The notes beneath the pieces are model-generated. The model was not told the DNA's origin. It ran no database searches and was given only the letters and a program-made list of their open reading frames with translations. DNA of 64,000 nucleotides, from assembly GCA_965203445.1 (NCBI GenBank), contig OZ241883.1, positions 2,144,001 to 2,208,000 of the forward strand, read 5' to 3'. Below are positions 43,655 through 55,083 of the stretch, piece by piece. This DNA is from Candidatus Oxydemutator sp. (GTDB lineage Bacteria; Pseudomonadota; Gammaproteobacteria; Poriferisulfidales; Oxydemutatoraceae). A program made the position numbers and the translations under genes. Numbering within the stretch: position 1 is the first letter of the stretch; every line of letters begins with the position of its first letter.

Positions 43655-44386
43655 CTACAGATCCTCGTAGAGCGTGCCGTCTTCGTCGGGGCCGCCTTTG
43701 CCGTCCTTGATCAACTGCCGCCGACGCTCCAGGTAAAAAGAGCGAACCGCGCCGTAGAGATCGGGAGACATTTCACGCACCACCCCTTCCCTCGCAATAA
43801 AACGCTGGCGCGCGTCCACCCTCTCCACCACCGTCAACATCGGGCGCGACGCGCCGAGGTCGAGATAGCTGGGCGGCGACAGCAGGAAGTCCACGATCAT
43901 CGCGGGAAAATCGCGCAGCGTACTGGGGCCCAGCAGCGGCACCATGAAATACCCGCCGTCGCCGACGCCCCAGACCGCGAGCGTCTGCCCGAAATCCTCA
44001 TCGGACTTCTCGAGACCGGCGAACGTCGCCACGTCGAAAAGTCCGACCAGACCGAACGTGGTGTTGATGACGACGCGCATCGCGTCGCTGAGCGCGCGCT
44101 CAGGTTTGCCCTGCAACAGATTGTTGATCGCGTTGGGGACGTCCGCCAGGTTGCCGAAGAAATTAGTGACGCGGTTGCGGACAAAGGTCGGTAGCAGGCC
44201 GTAGCCTTCGGCGACGGGTTTGATTACCGCGCGGTCCAGCGTCTCGTTGACCATGAACATGCCGCGGTTATAGCCCTCTAGGGGATCGGCATCGCTCTCA
44301 TACGCGCCCTGCTTCACCGCACAGCCGCCGGCAACGAGGGCCGCAAGACAAAGCGCAAGCACGCGTGAGTCGGCGATTTTCAGCAT
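43655..44386 (-). CDS. mlaA: MlaA/VacJ lipoprotein
   Basis: Lipobox VAGGC, DPLEGYNR, NTTFGLVGLFDVA, EDFGQTL..WG, PLLGPST.RD. Confidence 0.93.
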   Translation of the reverse strand: MLKIADSRVLALCLAALVAGGCAVKQGAYESDADPLEGYNRGMFMVNETLDRAVIKPVAEGYGLLPTFVRNRVTNFFGNLADVPNAINNLLQGKPERALSDAMRVVINTTFGLVGLFDVATFAGLEKSDEDFGQTLAVWGVGDGGYFMVPLLGPSTLRDFPAMIVDFLLSPPSYLDLGASRPMLTVVERVDARQRFIAREGVVREMSPDLYGAVRSFYLERRRQLIKDGKGGPDEDGTLYEDL

Positions 44387-44476
44387 GGCAGAGTCTCTAT
44401 CTTCCCGAGCAAAGCGGCGCCCGGTTCGCGGCTTCAGAACGCCGTCGCAGTATAGCACGGTGCACGCCGCCGCGCC

Positions 44477-45700
<1,224 letters not shown>

Positions 45701-45795
45701 CGGCTGCATGACCGGCACGCGGGTCGGCACGTGCGGGGAACTGTGGTGGTATCATAATAAAAACTCCCGCTATCACCAAACCATCCGCCGACGAC

Positions 45796-46827
45796 GTGCC
45801 CGCCGCAAAAAAGCCCGAATTGACCCTGACGGCGCCCGACGACTGGCACCTGCACGTGCGCGACGGCGCGACCATGCGGGCGGTGCTGCCGTTCACGACG
45901 CGGGTTTTCCGCCGCGCGATCATCATGCCGAACCTGTCGCGCCCGGTCACCGACGTCGCCCGCTGCGCGGCTTACCGCGAGCGCATATTGGCCGCCGCGC
46001 CGGAGTGGTTCGAGCCGCTGATGACGCTCTATCTGACCGAGAGCACGCGACCGCGCGACGTCACCGAGGCCGCGGCAAGCAGTTTTGTCCACGCCGTCAA
46101 ACTCTACCCCAGGGGTGCTACGACGCATTCGGACGCGGGGGTTTCCGACGTCGCAAAGATCGGCGGTGTATTGGAGGCGATGCAGCGCCACGACGTGCCG
46201 TTGCTGGTACACGGCGAGACCCCGGATGCGGACGTGGACGCGTTCGACCGCGAAAAAACGTTCATCGAACGCACGCTGATACCGTTGCGCAGGGACTTTC
46301 CGGCGCTGCGCGTCGTTCTCGAACACGTGACGACGAGCGACGCCGTGGACTACGTGCGCGAGGCCGGCGCCCACACGGCCGCGACGATCACGCCGCACCA
46401 CCTGCTGTATTCGCGCAACGCGCTGTTCGACGGCGGCCTGCGTCCGCACCACTACTGCCTGCCGTTGCCGCAACGCGAGACCCACCGCAGGGCCCTGGTC
46501 GCGGCCGCGTGCAGCGGCGACGCCAGTTTCTTCTTAGGCACCGACAGCGCGCCGCACGCCAAACACGACAAAGAAAGCGCCTGCGGCTGCGCCGGCGTGT
46601 TCAACGCGCCCGCGGCCATCGGCATCTACGCGACGATCTTCGACGAAGCCGGCGCGCTCGACCGCCTCGAGCGCTTCGCCAGCGTAAACGGCGCACGCTT
46701 TTACCGCCTGCCGCAAAACCGGGAACGCATCACGCTGGTGCGCGAGGCCGAGAGCGTACCGCGACGGGTGGGCGACGTCGTGCCGCTGCTGGCCGGACGC
46801 GAAGTCGCGTGGCGCCTGCGCGAATGA
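45796..46827 (+). CDS. pyrC: Dihydroorotase (E. coli type)
   Basis: PDDWHLHVRD, IMPNL, KLYPRGATT, FLGTDSAPH, KESACGCAG. Confidence 0.96.
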   Translation: MPAAKKPELTLTAPDDWHLHVRDGATMRAVLPFTTRVFRRAIIMPNLSRPVTDVARCAAYRERILAAAPEWFEPLMTLYLTESTRPRDVTEAAASSFVHAVKLYPRGATTHSDAGVSDVAKIGGVLEAMQRHDVPLLVHGETPDADVDAFDREKTFIERTLIPLRRDFPALRVVLEHVTTSDAVDYVREAGAHTAATITPHHLLYSRNALFDGGLRPHHYCLPLPQRETHRRALVAAACSGDASFFLGTDSAPHAKHDKESACGCAGVFNAPAAIGIYATIFDEAGALDRLERFASVNGARFYRLPQNRERITLVREAESVPRRVGDVVPLLAGREVAWRLRE

Positions 46828-47495
46828 CGCGCGCGGCGATGAAAGGGAGCGACGCGCACCCGGGCGACGGCGGCGCGACGTGGATGCAGACGCGCTTTCG
46901 CGGCTTCCTGCCGGTGGTCGTCGACGTCGAGACCGGTGGCTTCAACGAGGATACCGACGCGCTGCTCGAGCTCGCGGCGGTGATCATCGGTGCCGACGGC
47001 GACCACCGGCTGTTCCCGGAAAAGACCGTGCATTTTCACGTCGAACCGTTCGCCGGCGCAAACATGGAAGAGGCCGCGATGAAAATCAACCGCATAGATC
47101 CCTTCCACCCGCTGCGGCTGGCGCAACCCGAGGCGCGGGTGCTGGCGACGCTGTTCGGCGAGGTCGGCGCGGCGCTCGCGTGCTACCGCTGCACGCGCGC
47201 GATCCTGACCGGCCACAACGCGTTCTTCGACCTCAAGTTTCTGCGCGCCGCGGTCGCGCGCAACCGGGTCAAGGACAATCCATTTCACCAGTTCAGCAAC
47301 CTCGACACGGTCACCCTGGGCGCGCTCGCCTACCGCCACACGGTGCTGTCGAAAATCGCCGAGCGCGCCGGCTTCGGCTGGGACGAGGAAAGGGCACATT
47401 CGGCGCTCTACGACGCCGAGATGACCGCGCAAATCTTCTGCCATATATGCAACACAAGATACCGACGCCACCCTGACGAGCGCAATTTTCGCTGA
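46824..47495 (+). CDS. rnt: Ribonuclease T
   Basis: RFRGFLPVVVDVETGGF, GHNAFFD, NPFHQFS, AHSALYD; ATGA overlap with pyrC (later starts possible). Confidence 0.94.
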   Translation: MTRAAMKGSDAHPGDGGATWMQTRFRGFLPVVVDVETGGFNEDTDALLELAAVIIGADGDHRLFPEKTVHFHVEPFAGANMEEAAMKINRIDPFHPLRLAQPEARVLATLFGEVGAALACYRCTRAILTGHNAFFDLKFLRAAVARNRVKDNPFHQFSNLDTVTLGALAYRHTVLSKIAERAGFGWDEERAHSALYDAEMTAQIFCHICNTRYRRHPDERNFR

Positions 47496-47579
47496 AGCGA
47501 TGCAACCCCGCCGCAAAAACACCGGCAAGAATACCCCGTGCGGACGATCCCACCGCCATTCACGTACATTCATGAGCAC

Positions 47580-48827
47580 ATGGACGATAGAATCAGGCAG
47601 CCAATCCGCGCGCTCGTCCGATATGGAAAGAAACCGTTGCCCACAATAAATCAAATCAGGCGGGCGGGCCAGGTAATCGCCATGTATGTAAAGGAAAGCT
47701 TGCGCGACCTGATATACCACGATCTGGAGATAGAAAAATATCCGGTTGTTGCCCGCGTCGTGGGAAAAATACTCTCGCCGCCCGGCCGAACCTACACTGG
47801 CGCCCAGGTCATCAAGGAACCGCTCCCCGGCCACACTGGCACACCCGCCGTCCCTTGCCGCAATGACGCATACACCGTCACCACCTGCCCGGTGGATGCA
47901 CACGTGCAAAAAAGCGGACTCGCTTTCCTGTTTTTTATACCCCTACATTTCACGATATGGATTCGGCGGGTTCCGTGTCGAAACCGAATTTTCTACGGGG
48001 CATTCGAGGACTACATCCAGGCGTCCGCCACCATACGCGACGTAGTACTGTACGATCACGAAGCATTGCTGAAGAGAGGCTATCCATTCGACGCGGGGAG
48101 CGACAATATCTACATTTTTTGGATGCAGCTTCCCCGCTTCATCAAGAAAATGGCAAAAAAGCATCCGCATCTACGAAATAGGCTTCTCATATTGAACGTG
48201 GAGCAACTGGTCGTTCCTCATCACCGCAGACACGCCGGCCTGTACGCCAGGTCGAACCAACCCGAAGTCCTGACTCACAGCCCATCCAACCTGAGGTTTC
48301 TGCCGCCTGGATCCATACACCTTCCGTATCGCCGCCACCTGGAGGAGACGGCGAAACTGAAATCGTATTCGGCGGGCACATTCAAGTACGACGTGGCCAT
48401 TATCGGCGAACAGCAACGCAGAACAAATCTGGTACGCGCACTCGAGGCAAGAGGCATCAAAACCCTTTATATATGGGATAGTTTTGGAAACCCGCGCGAC
48501 GAAGCCATCGGCAAGGCAAGAATTCTTCTGAACGTTCGGCATTCCGGCGTTCACACGATCTATCCGCACATACGTTGCGACCGCTGGATGTTCGCCGGCA
48601 AGCTGATCGTTTCGGAAGACTGCCTCGACCAGGAAAAACTCGACGTCCGCGACAACGTCGTGTTCGCCCCGTACGAACGGCTGGTGGACAAGGTGCAGGA
48701 GGTGCTTGCGGACTTCGACCGCTTTCAGCGCGAATACACGAACAATGACCTGGACGGAATTGCGCGGGACAGAGACGCGCACTGGCATAGATTCGTCGAG
48801 CAGTGCCGGCGACGGTGCCGGCCATAG
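47580..48827 (+). CDS. Hypothetical protein with C-terminal glycosyltransferase-like (GT-B-type) domain, copy 1
   Basis: NVEQL...KYDVAIIG..QRR...FGNPRDEAIGKARILLNV...IRCDRW...IVSE pattern; paralogue of 51732..52946. Confidence 0.65.
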   Translation: MDDRIRQPIRALVRYGKKPLPTINQIRRAGQVIAMYVKESLRDLIYHDLEIEKYPVVARVVGKILSPPGRTYTGAQVIKEPLPGHTGTPAVPCRNDAYTVTTCPVDAHVQKSGLAFLFFIPLHFTIWIRRVPCRNRIFYGAFEDYIQASATIRDVVLYDHEALLKRGYPFDAGSDNIYIFWMQLPRFIKKMAKKHPHLRNRLLILNVEQLVVPHHRRHAGLYARSNQPEVLTHSPSNLRFLPPGSIHLPYRRHLEETAKLKSYSAGTFKYDVAIIGEQQRRTNLVRALEARGIKTLYIWDSFGNPRDEAIGKARILLNVRHSGVHTIYPHIRCDRWMFAGKLIVSEDCLDQEKLDVRDNVVFAPYERLVDKVQEVLADFDRFQREYTNNDLDGIARDRDAHWHRFVEQCRRRCRP

Positions 48828-48882
48828 GCGCGGGGTGGATGTAGTAGAATACGCGCGCCTCCTCACCGAAGAGATACCTCCG

Positions 48883-49470
48883 ATGACACGAAAAACCCGT
48901 GCAAAACCGCGCAACGGCCCGTTCGCGTTCTACCTCGGCGCGTTAGCCGTGCTCGGCGTGGCGCTCGCGGCGCTGGTGCCGGTCACCGCGACCCAGGCGC
49001 CCGCGCCACGCGCAAACGACACCGAAAACCGCTTCAGCGAGACCGTCGTCAGCGCCTATGAGGCCGACGGGCGCCTGCTCTACCGGCTGAACAGTCGGCA
49101 GTTGCATCACGTGACCGGGCGCTCATCAGAACCCCCGGGCGTGCGCCTCGAGGAACCGCGCCTTAGGTACCGCGCGCACGACGGCGCGGCCGTCGAGCTG
49201 ACCGCCGCCGACGGTCGGCTCGCCGGCGGCGGCATCATCCACTTACAAGGCGCCGTCACAGTACGACGCGCGCGCCACGCCCAGCGCGCGGCGGAGACTC
49301 TGCAAACGCGCAACGTCGTCGTCGCGACCAAAGACGGACGCGCGCATACCCGCGAAAAAGCGGTTCTGCGCCGCGGTCGCCTGGTCACCCGGGGCGACGG
49401 CGTATCCGCTGATTTGCGCACCGGCGAAATCCGTCTGCTGTCGAATGTCCGCGTCACACACGCACCGTAG
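48883..49470 (+). CDS. lptC: LPS export periplasmic protein LptC
   Basis: N-terminal TM, beta-jellyroll-like sequence ending GEIRLLSNVRVTH; precedes lptA and lptB. Confidence 0.8.
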   Translation: MTRKTRAKPRNGPFAFYLGALAVLGVALAALVPVTATQAPAPRANDTENRFSETVVSAYEADGRLLYRLNSRQLHHVTGRSSEPPGVRLEEPRLRYRAHDGAAVELTAADGRLAGGGIIHLQGAVTVRRARHAQRAAETLQTRNVVVATKDGRAHTREKAVLRRGRLVTRGDGVSADLRTGEIRLLSNVRVTHAP

Positions 49471-49945
49471 CGCGCCCTTCGCGGTGGTGGCGCTGTGCGT
49501 GGCGCTGTACAGTGACCCGTCGGCGCAGGAAAGCGTCCGCACGCTCGAAGTGGAAGCCGACAGCGTCACTTTCAACGAGAATACCGGCGTCAGCGTCTAT
49601 CACGGCAACGTCAAAATCGTGCGCGGCGAGATGACGCTGCACGGCGACGCCGTCGAGGTGTTCACGAAAGACGGCGCGATCTCGAGACTGGTCTCGACCG
49701 CCAAGCCGAGCCGCCTCGTGCGCGACGCCCCCGGACGGACGCTGCACGCCGAGGCGCACCGCATAGAGTATCAGGCCATACAAGGCATCATAGACCTGCG
49801 CGGCGCGGCGCGCATCCGCGACGACTGGAAGTCCCTGACGGGCGACCACATCATCTACGACACGCGCAAAAAAATCGTCAAGGCCACGAAGGACAAAAAC
49901 CGGGTGAGGCTGACGCTGCAACCAGAAAAGAAGAAGCAGCGCTAG
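49445..49945 (+). CDS. lptA: LPS transport periplasmic protein LptA
   Basis: LEVEADS...VYHGNVKIVRGEMTLHGD...GDHIIYD...RVRLTLQP. Confidence 0.88.
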   Translation: MSASHTHRSAPFAVVALCVALYSDPSAQESVRTLEVEADSVTFNENTGVSVYHGNVKIVRGEMTLHGDAVEVFTKDGAISRLVSTAKPSRLVRDAPGRTLHAEAHRIEYQAIQGIIDLRGAARIRDDWKSLTGDHIIYDTRKKIVKATKDKNRVRLTLQPEKKKQR

Positions 49946-49970
49946 CGCCGCTCCTCGTAGCCAGGTTCTC

Positions 49971-50729
49971 GTGGCTGACAGAAGACAAGGCGCGGGCGGC
50001 AACGGCCACTGCCTGGAGACGACCGGTCTCAGCAAACGCTACGGTCGCCACCAGGCGGTGCGCGCCGCCTCATTGCGCCTCGAAGGCGGCGAAATCGTCG
50101 GTCTGCTGGGCCCGAACGGCGCCGGCAAGACGACGACGTTTCACATGATCGTCGGCTTGGTGCGCGCCGACGGCGGACGCACCGAACTGAACGGCACCGA
50201 CGTGTCGTCGCTTTCGATGCACGAGCGCGCGACGCGCGGTATCGGCTACCTGCCTCAGGAAACGTCGGTGTTCCGCAAAATGAGCGTTGAGGACAACGTC
50301 CGGGCGGCGCTCGAGGCCTGCCCGGCAATGACGCCCAAGGTAATGCAGGCGCGGCTCGAGCAACTGCTCGACGAACTGCAACTGCAGGGCGTGCGCCACC
50401 GGCACGGTATATCGCTTTCCGGCGGCGAATCCCAGCGCACCGAAATCGCGCGCCTGCTGGCGACCGCACCCGCCTTCATACTGCTCGACGAACCTTTCAC
50501 CGGCATAGATCCGCTCTCGATCGTCGAAGTCCAGAAACTTATGCTACACTTGAAAGCGCGCGGCATCGGGCTGCTGATAACCGATCACAACGTCCGCGAA
50601 ACACTGAAAATCTGCGACCGCGGATACATCTTCCATCACGGCGAGATCATCGCGCAAGGAACGCCGCGCGAAATTCTCGCCCACCAGACGGTGCGCAAGG
50701 TGTACCTGGGATCGCAATTCAAAATCTGA
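49971..50729 (+). CDS. lptB: LPS export ABC ATPase
   Basis: GPNGAGKTT, GIGYLPQETSVFRK, LLDEPF, ITDHNVRETL, VRKVYLG. Confidence 0.95.
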   Translation: MADRRQGAGGNGHCLETTGLSKRYGRHQAVRAASLRLEGGEIVGLLGPNGAGKTTTFHMIVGLVRADGGRTELNGTDVSSLSMHERATRGIGYLPQETSVFRKMSVEDNVRAALEACPAMTPKVMQARLEQLLDELQLQGVRHRHGISLSGGESQRTEIARLLATAPAFILLDEPFTGIDPLSIVEVQKLMLHLKARGIGLLITDHNVRETLKICDRGYIFHHGEIIAQGTPREILAHQTVRKVYLGSQFKI

Positions 50730-50740
50730 CCGAGAGGCAC

Positions 50741-51739
50741 ATGAACACACTGCTGATCACGGGCGGCGCGGGCTTCGTAGGCCACGCCGTCATCGAACAT
50801 TTTCTGAAAACCACCGACTGGAACGTCGTTTCGCTCGACCGCCTCGACTATTCCGGCAACCTCAACCGCCTGAGCGAGGTCATCGGCGACGATCCCGACT
50901 ATAAGCGGCGCCTGCGGGTGGTGTGGCACGACCTCAAGGCCGAGATCAACCCCACCGTCGCCTCTCATATCGGCAAAGCCGACTACATCTTTCACGTGGC
51001 CGCGGCCTCGCACGTGGATCGCAGCATCGAGGATCCGCTGTCTTTTGCGATGGACAACGTCGTCGGCACCGTCAATCTGCTGAACTTCGCCCGCCACTAT
51101 CAATCCGACAAGCTGAAGCTACTCATTTATTTCAGCACCGACGAAGTCTTCGGGCCGGCGCCGCCGGGGGTGCACTATCGTGAAAACGACCGCTACGACT
51201 GCGGCAATCCCTATTCGGCCTCCAAGGCCGGCGCCGAGGAGTTTGCGCTGGCGTTCGAGAACACCTACCAGATACCGGTCATCGTGACCCACACGATGAA
51301 CGTGTTCGGCGTCCGCCAGCACCCGGAGAAGTATATTCCCAAGGTCATCCGCCACGTTCTCGACGGCGAGAGCATCCCGATCCACGCCGACGAAACCCGC
51401 ACCATTCCGGGTTCGCGCCACTACATCAGCACCGCGGACGTGGCGCTCGCGCTCGAGTTTCTGGTGTCCAACCACACGCTGCGCGAGAAATACAACGTCG
51501 TCGGCAAAGAGGAGATAGACAATCTGCAACTGGCGCTGAAGATCGCCGACTGCGTCGGCAAGCCGTTGCAATATGAGCTGGTGGATTTCCACTCGTCGCG
51601 TCCGGGGCACGATCTGCGTTACGCGTTGAGCGGCGACAAGATGAAGCGTCTGGGTTGGGAGCCGAGAGGAATCGAGCAGCGGCTGGATGAGACCGTGCAG
51701 TGGTATCTGCGACACCGGCAGAAATGGCTGTATGGATAA
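50741..51739 (+). CDS. NDP-glucose 4,6-dehydratase (RmlB-like extended SDR)
   Basis: TGGAGFVG, AASHVDRSI, STDEVFG, PYSASKA, RQHPEK, RPGHDLRY. Confidence 0.9.
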   Translation: MNTLLITGGAGFVGHAVIEHFLKTTDWNVVSLDRLDYSGNLNRLSEVIGDDPDYKRRLRVVWHDLKAEINPTVASHIGKADYIFHVAAASHVDRSIEDPLSFAMDNVVGTVNLLNFARHYQSDKLKLLIYFSTDEVFGPAPPGVHYRENDRYDCGNPYSASKAGAEEFALAFENTYQIPVIVTHTMNVFGVRQHPEKYIPKVIRHVLDGESIPIHADETRTIPGSRHYISTADVALALEFLVSNHTLREKYNVVGKEEIDNLQLALKIADCVGKPLQYELVDFHSSRPGHDLRYALSGDKMKRLGWEPRGIEQRLDETVQWYLRHRQKWLYG

Positions 51740-52946
51740 ACCCCCTTTCGTTCTCCGCCTGATAAGGCGCTCGCGGGCTACACTCAGTCGGATACGCGAG
51801 GTTGTCGCCGACGCGCACACGGTGCTGACGATATACTGCAAACTTGAAATCAAAAAATATCCGGCTGTTGCCCGCGTCGCTCGAAAAATCATCTCGCCGG
51901 TGCCCCGAACCTACACCGATACTTACACCCACAAAGAACCAGCCGGCGATTACATCGGCGCACCCACCGTCTCCCACCACCATGACGCATACATCGTCGC
52001 CACCTACCCGGTGGACGCGCACGTGCAAAAAAGCAACCTTGCTTTCCTATATTTTCAACCCCGGTATAAGACGATCTATCGGCGACGATACTTGCCGTTC
52101 CTGGGCACGTATTACTACGTGTTCGAGGACTACATTTATGCGTCCGCCACCATACGCGACGCGGTATTGTACGATTACGACACGTTGCTGGAAAGAAACT
52201 ATTCGTTCGACGCAGAGAACGGCGAGATTTACATTTTTTGGATGCAGCTTCCCCGCTTCATCAAGAAGATGGCCGCAAAAAACCCGCGTTTGCGGAAAAA
52301 GATTTTCGTGTGGAACATGGAGCAACTGTCTGTTCCTCACTGGAAACGTAGCTTCCTATACACCGAACCGAATCATCCCGCGATCCTGACCCACGCCCCG
52401 TCCAATCTGCGGTTTCTGCCGCCTGGATCCATAGTTCTCCCGTATCGCCGGGACCCGCGGGAGGTGGCGAAACTACAAGCTTGCTCGGCGGGTGCCTTCG
52501 AGTACGACGTGGCCGTCGTCGGCAGCAGTGAACGCAGAAGGAGCGTGCTGCGCGCCCTTAAGGCAAAAGGTATCAAAACCGTTCACGTAGTTGATAGTTT
52601 CGGCAACGCGCGTGACGAACTCATCGGCAAGGCGAAAATTCTTCTAAACGTCCAGTATAAAGACGACTACAAAATCTATTCGCACGTACGGTGCGACCGC
52701 TGGATGTTCGCCGGCAAGCTGATTGTCTCGGATGAATGCCTCGATCAGGATCAACTCGACGTGCGCGCCAACGTCGTGTTCGCCCCGTGTGACCGCCTGG
52801 TGGACAAGACCGAAGAAGTGCTCGCGGACTTCGACCGCTTTCAGCGCGAATACACGAACAACGACCTCGAGAAAATCGCGTGCGCAAGAGACGCGCACTG
52901 GCGTCGCTTCGTCGACCATTACCAGTGGTCGCTTCGAGGCGAATAA
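51732..52946 (+). CDS. Hypothetical protein with glycosyltransferase-like domain, copy 2
   Basis: Overlaps the dehydratase stop; colinear paralogue of 47580..48827 (identical YIFWMQLPRFIKKMA and RCDRWMFAGKLIVS). Confidence 0.65.
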   Translation: MDKPPFVLRLIRRSRATLSRIREVVADAHTVLTIYCKLEIKKYPAVARVARKIISPVPRTYTDTYTHKEPAGDYIGAPTVSHHHDAYIVATYPVDAHVQKSNLAFLYFQPRYKTIYRRRYLPFLGTYYYVFEDYIYASATIRDAVLYDYDTLLERNYSFDAENGEIYIFWMQLPRFIKKMAAKNPRLRKKIFVWNMEQLSVPHWKRSFLYTEPNHPAILTHAPSNLRFLPPGSIVLPYRRDPREVAKLQACSAGAFEYDVAVVGSSERRRSVLRALKAKGIKTVHVVDSFGNARDELIGKAKILLNVQYKDDYKIYSHVRCDRWMFAGKLIVSDECLDQDQLDVRANVVFAPCDRLVDKTEEVLADFDRFQREYTNNDLEKIACARDAHWRRFVDHYQWSLRGE

Positions 52947-52962
52947 CTATTTCGCGGCGTAC

Positions 52963-55083
52963 TTACTCAGGCGGATAATCCCCAAAAACTTTCAGCACAA
53001 AAGCGTAGCGCTGCGCCACTTCCTCAAGGTAGTCGAAGCGCCCGGAGGCGCCGCCGTGACCGGCCGCCAGGTTGGTCTTCAGCAGCAACAGATTATCGTC
53101 GGTCTTCACGGCGCGCAGCTTGGCGACCCACTTGGCCGGTTCCCAGTAGGTTACGCGCGGGTCGCTCAAACTCGCGGTCACGAACAAGTGCGGGTAATCC
53201 TGGCGCACGACGTTGTCATACGGCGAGTACGCGGCGATGCGCGCGAACGCCTCGGCGTCCTCGATCGGATTGCCCCACTCCGGCCACTCGATCGGCGTCA
53301 GCGGCAGCGTGCCGTCGCACACCGTGTTCAGCACGTCCACGAACGGCACCTCGGCGATGGCCGCGGCGAACAAATCGGGACGCAGGTTGACGACGGCGCC
53401 CACCAGCAGTCCGCCGGCGGACGCGCCGTGCGCGGCGATGCGCCCGCGGCGCGTGAAGTTCTCGCGCGCCAGGTATTCGCCGCAGGCGATGAAGTCGAGA
53501 AAGGTATTGTGCTTGTTTCCGGTTCTGCCGCTCTTGTACCAGCGGTAGCCCTTCTCCATGCCGCCGCGCACGTGCGCTATGGCGTAGATGAAGCCGCGAT
53601 CAACCAGCGACAGGCGGTTGCTCGAAAACGACGCGGGCACCGACGTGCCGTAGGAACCATAGCCGTACAACAACAGCGGCGCATCGCCGTTCAACGGCGT
53701 CGTCTTGCGGTAGAGCAGGCTTAGCGGCACGCGCTCGCCGTCGGGCGCCGGCGCGAACAGCCGCCGCGTCTCGTAGGCGCCGGGATCGTGGCCGCTCGGC
53801 ACGATCTGCTCCTTGCGCAGCACGCGCGTGCGTGCGCGCATGTCGTAGTCGAACACGCGGTACGGCGTCGTCATCGAGGTATAGACGAAGCGCAGCACGT
53901 CGCCGTCGTAGTCGAAGGTGTGCAGCGGCCACAGCTCGTAACATTCCTCGTCGAAGGCGACGGCGTGTTCGCCGACGCAGCGCCCGCCGACGTCCATCTC
54001 CATCACCACCAAGCGCGGCAGCGCGTCCTCGCGCTCGAGACGCACGATCCAGTGCCTGAACGCGACGACCTCCTCGAGCAACACGCCGTCGCCGGGCACG
54101 CAAAAATCTTGCCACGAGCCGCAGGCGGGGGCGTGCGGCGCGGCGACGCACAACTTGTAGTCCTCGGCGCCCGCGGCATTGGTCACGATCAACAGACGCC
54201 GGTCGCGTTCGGTCACGGTATATTCGACGTCGCGTTCGCGCGCGCGCACCGGGAAAGGTGCGGTGCACGGTTCGTCCGCCGGTACCAGCCACGCCTCGGA
54301 AGTGCGGTGGTCGCTCGCGTGTATCGTGATGAAGCGGCGCGAACGGGTCTTGCCGAGGGAGATAAAAAACCCCGCGTCCTGTTCCTGATAGACGACCGCG
54401 TCGCGTGTGATTGGATCGCCCAGGCGGTGGCGGCAGACGCGCCACGGGCGGTGATTCTCATCCAACGCCGTATAAAATAGATGACGCCCGTCGGCGCTCC
54501 ACGCGACGTCGCCCTGGACGCGGGTGATCGGCGCATCGAGCGTCTCGCCACCGACGGCGGCGCGCACGTGCAGCGTATAGAACTCCGAGCCGTCGTCGTC
54601 CGCGCAATACGCGATGAGGCTATGGTCGGGGCTGTGGGCGAAACCCGCGACCTGAAAGTAGTCGCGGCCGCGGGCCTCGGCGTCGCCGTCCAGCAGAACC
54701 TCCTCGGCGCCGGGCGCCGCCACCGGACGGCGGCAACGGATCGGATACTGGCCGCCCTCGCGGTAGCGAAAGTAGTACGCATACGCGCCGTCGGCGTCGG
54801 GTACCGAATAGTCGTCTTCCTTGATACGCCCTCTCATCTCGCGGAACAACCGCGATTGCAGCGCCTCGCTGCCGCGCAGGTTCGCGGCGGTGTAGTCGTT
54901 TTCGGCCTCGAGGTAAGCGCGGATCTCGGCGTCGAGCAGGCGCGGATCGCGCAGCACCTCGCGCCAGTTGTCAGCGCGCAACCAGGCGTAATGATCCACC
55001 CGTTCGCGCCCGTGCAGCGACCAGCGGCGCGCGCGGCGACGCGCCGAAGGCGGCGGCGGTCGGTGGCATCCGGCGGCACCCAT
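52963..55083 (-). CDS. ptrB: Oligopeptidase B (S9A)
   Basis: DHYAWLR, YGYGSYG, AHVRGG, GASAGG, DPRVTYWEPAKWVAKLR, AGHGG. Confidence 0.93.
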   Translation of the reverse strand: MGAAGCHRPPPPSARRRARRWSLHGRERVDHYAWLRADNWREVLRDPRLLDAEIRAYLEAENDYTAANLRGSEALQSRLFREMRGRIKEDDYSVPDADGAYAYYFRYREGGQYPIRCRRPVAAPGAEEVLLDGDAEARGRDYFQVAGFAHSPDHSLIAYCADDDGSEFYTLHVRAAVGGETLDAPITRVQGDVAWSADGRHLFYTALDENHRPWRVCRHRLGDPITRDAVVYQEQDAGFFISLGKTRSRRFITIHASDHRTSEAWLVPADEPCTAPFPVRARERDVEYTVTERDRRLLIVTNAAGAEDYKLCVAAPHAPACGSWQDFCVPGDGVLLEEVVAFRHWIVRLEREDALPRLVVMEMDVGGRCVGEHAVAFDEECYELWPLHTFDYDGDVLRFVYTSMTTPYRVFDYDMRARTRVLRKEQIVPSGHDPGAYETRRLFAPAPDGERVPLSLLYRKTTPLNGDAPLLLYGYGSYGTSVPASFSSNRLSLVDRGFIYAIAHVRGGMEKGYRWYKSGRTGNKHNTFLDFIACGEYLARENFTRRGRIAAHGASAGGLLVGAVVNLRPDLFAAAIAEVPFVDVLNTVCDGTLPLTPIEWPEWGNPIEDAEAFARIAAYSPYDNVVRQDYPHLFVTASLSDPRVTYWEPAKWVAKLRAVKTDDNLLLLKTNLAAGHGGASGRFDYLEEVAQRYAFVLKVFGDYPPE

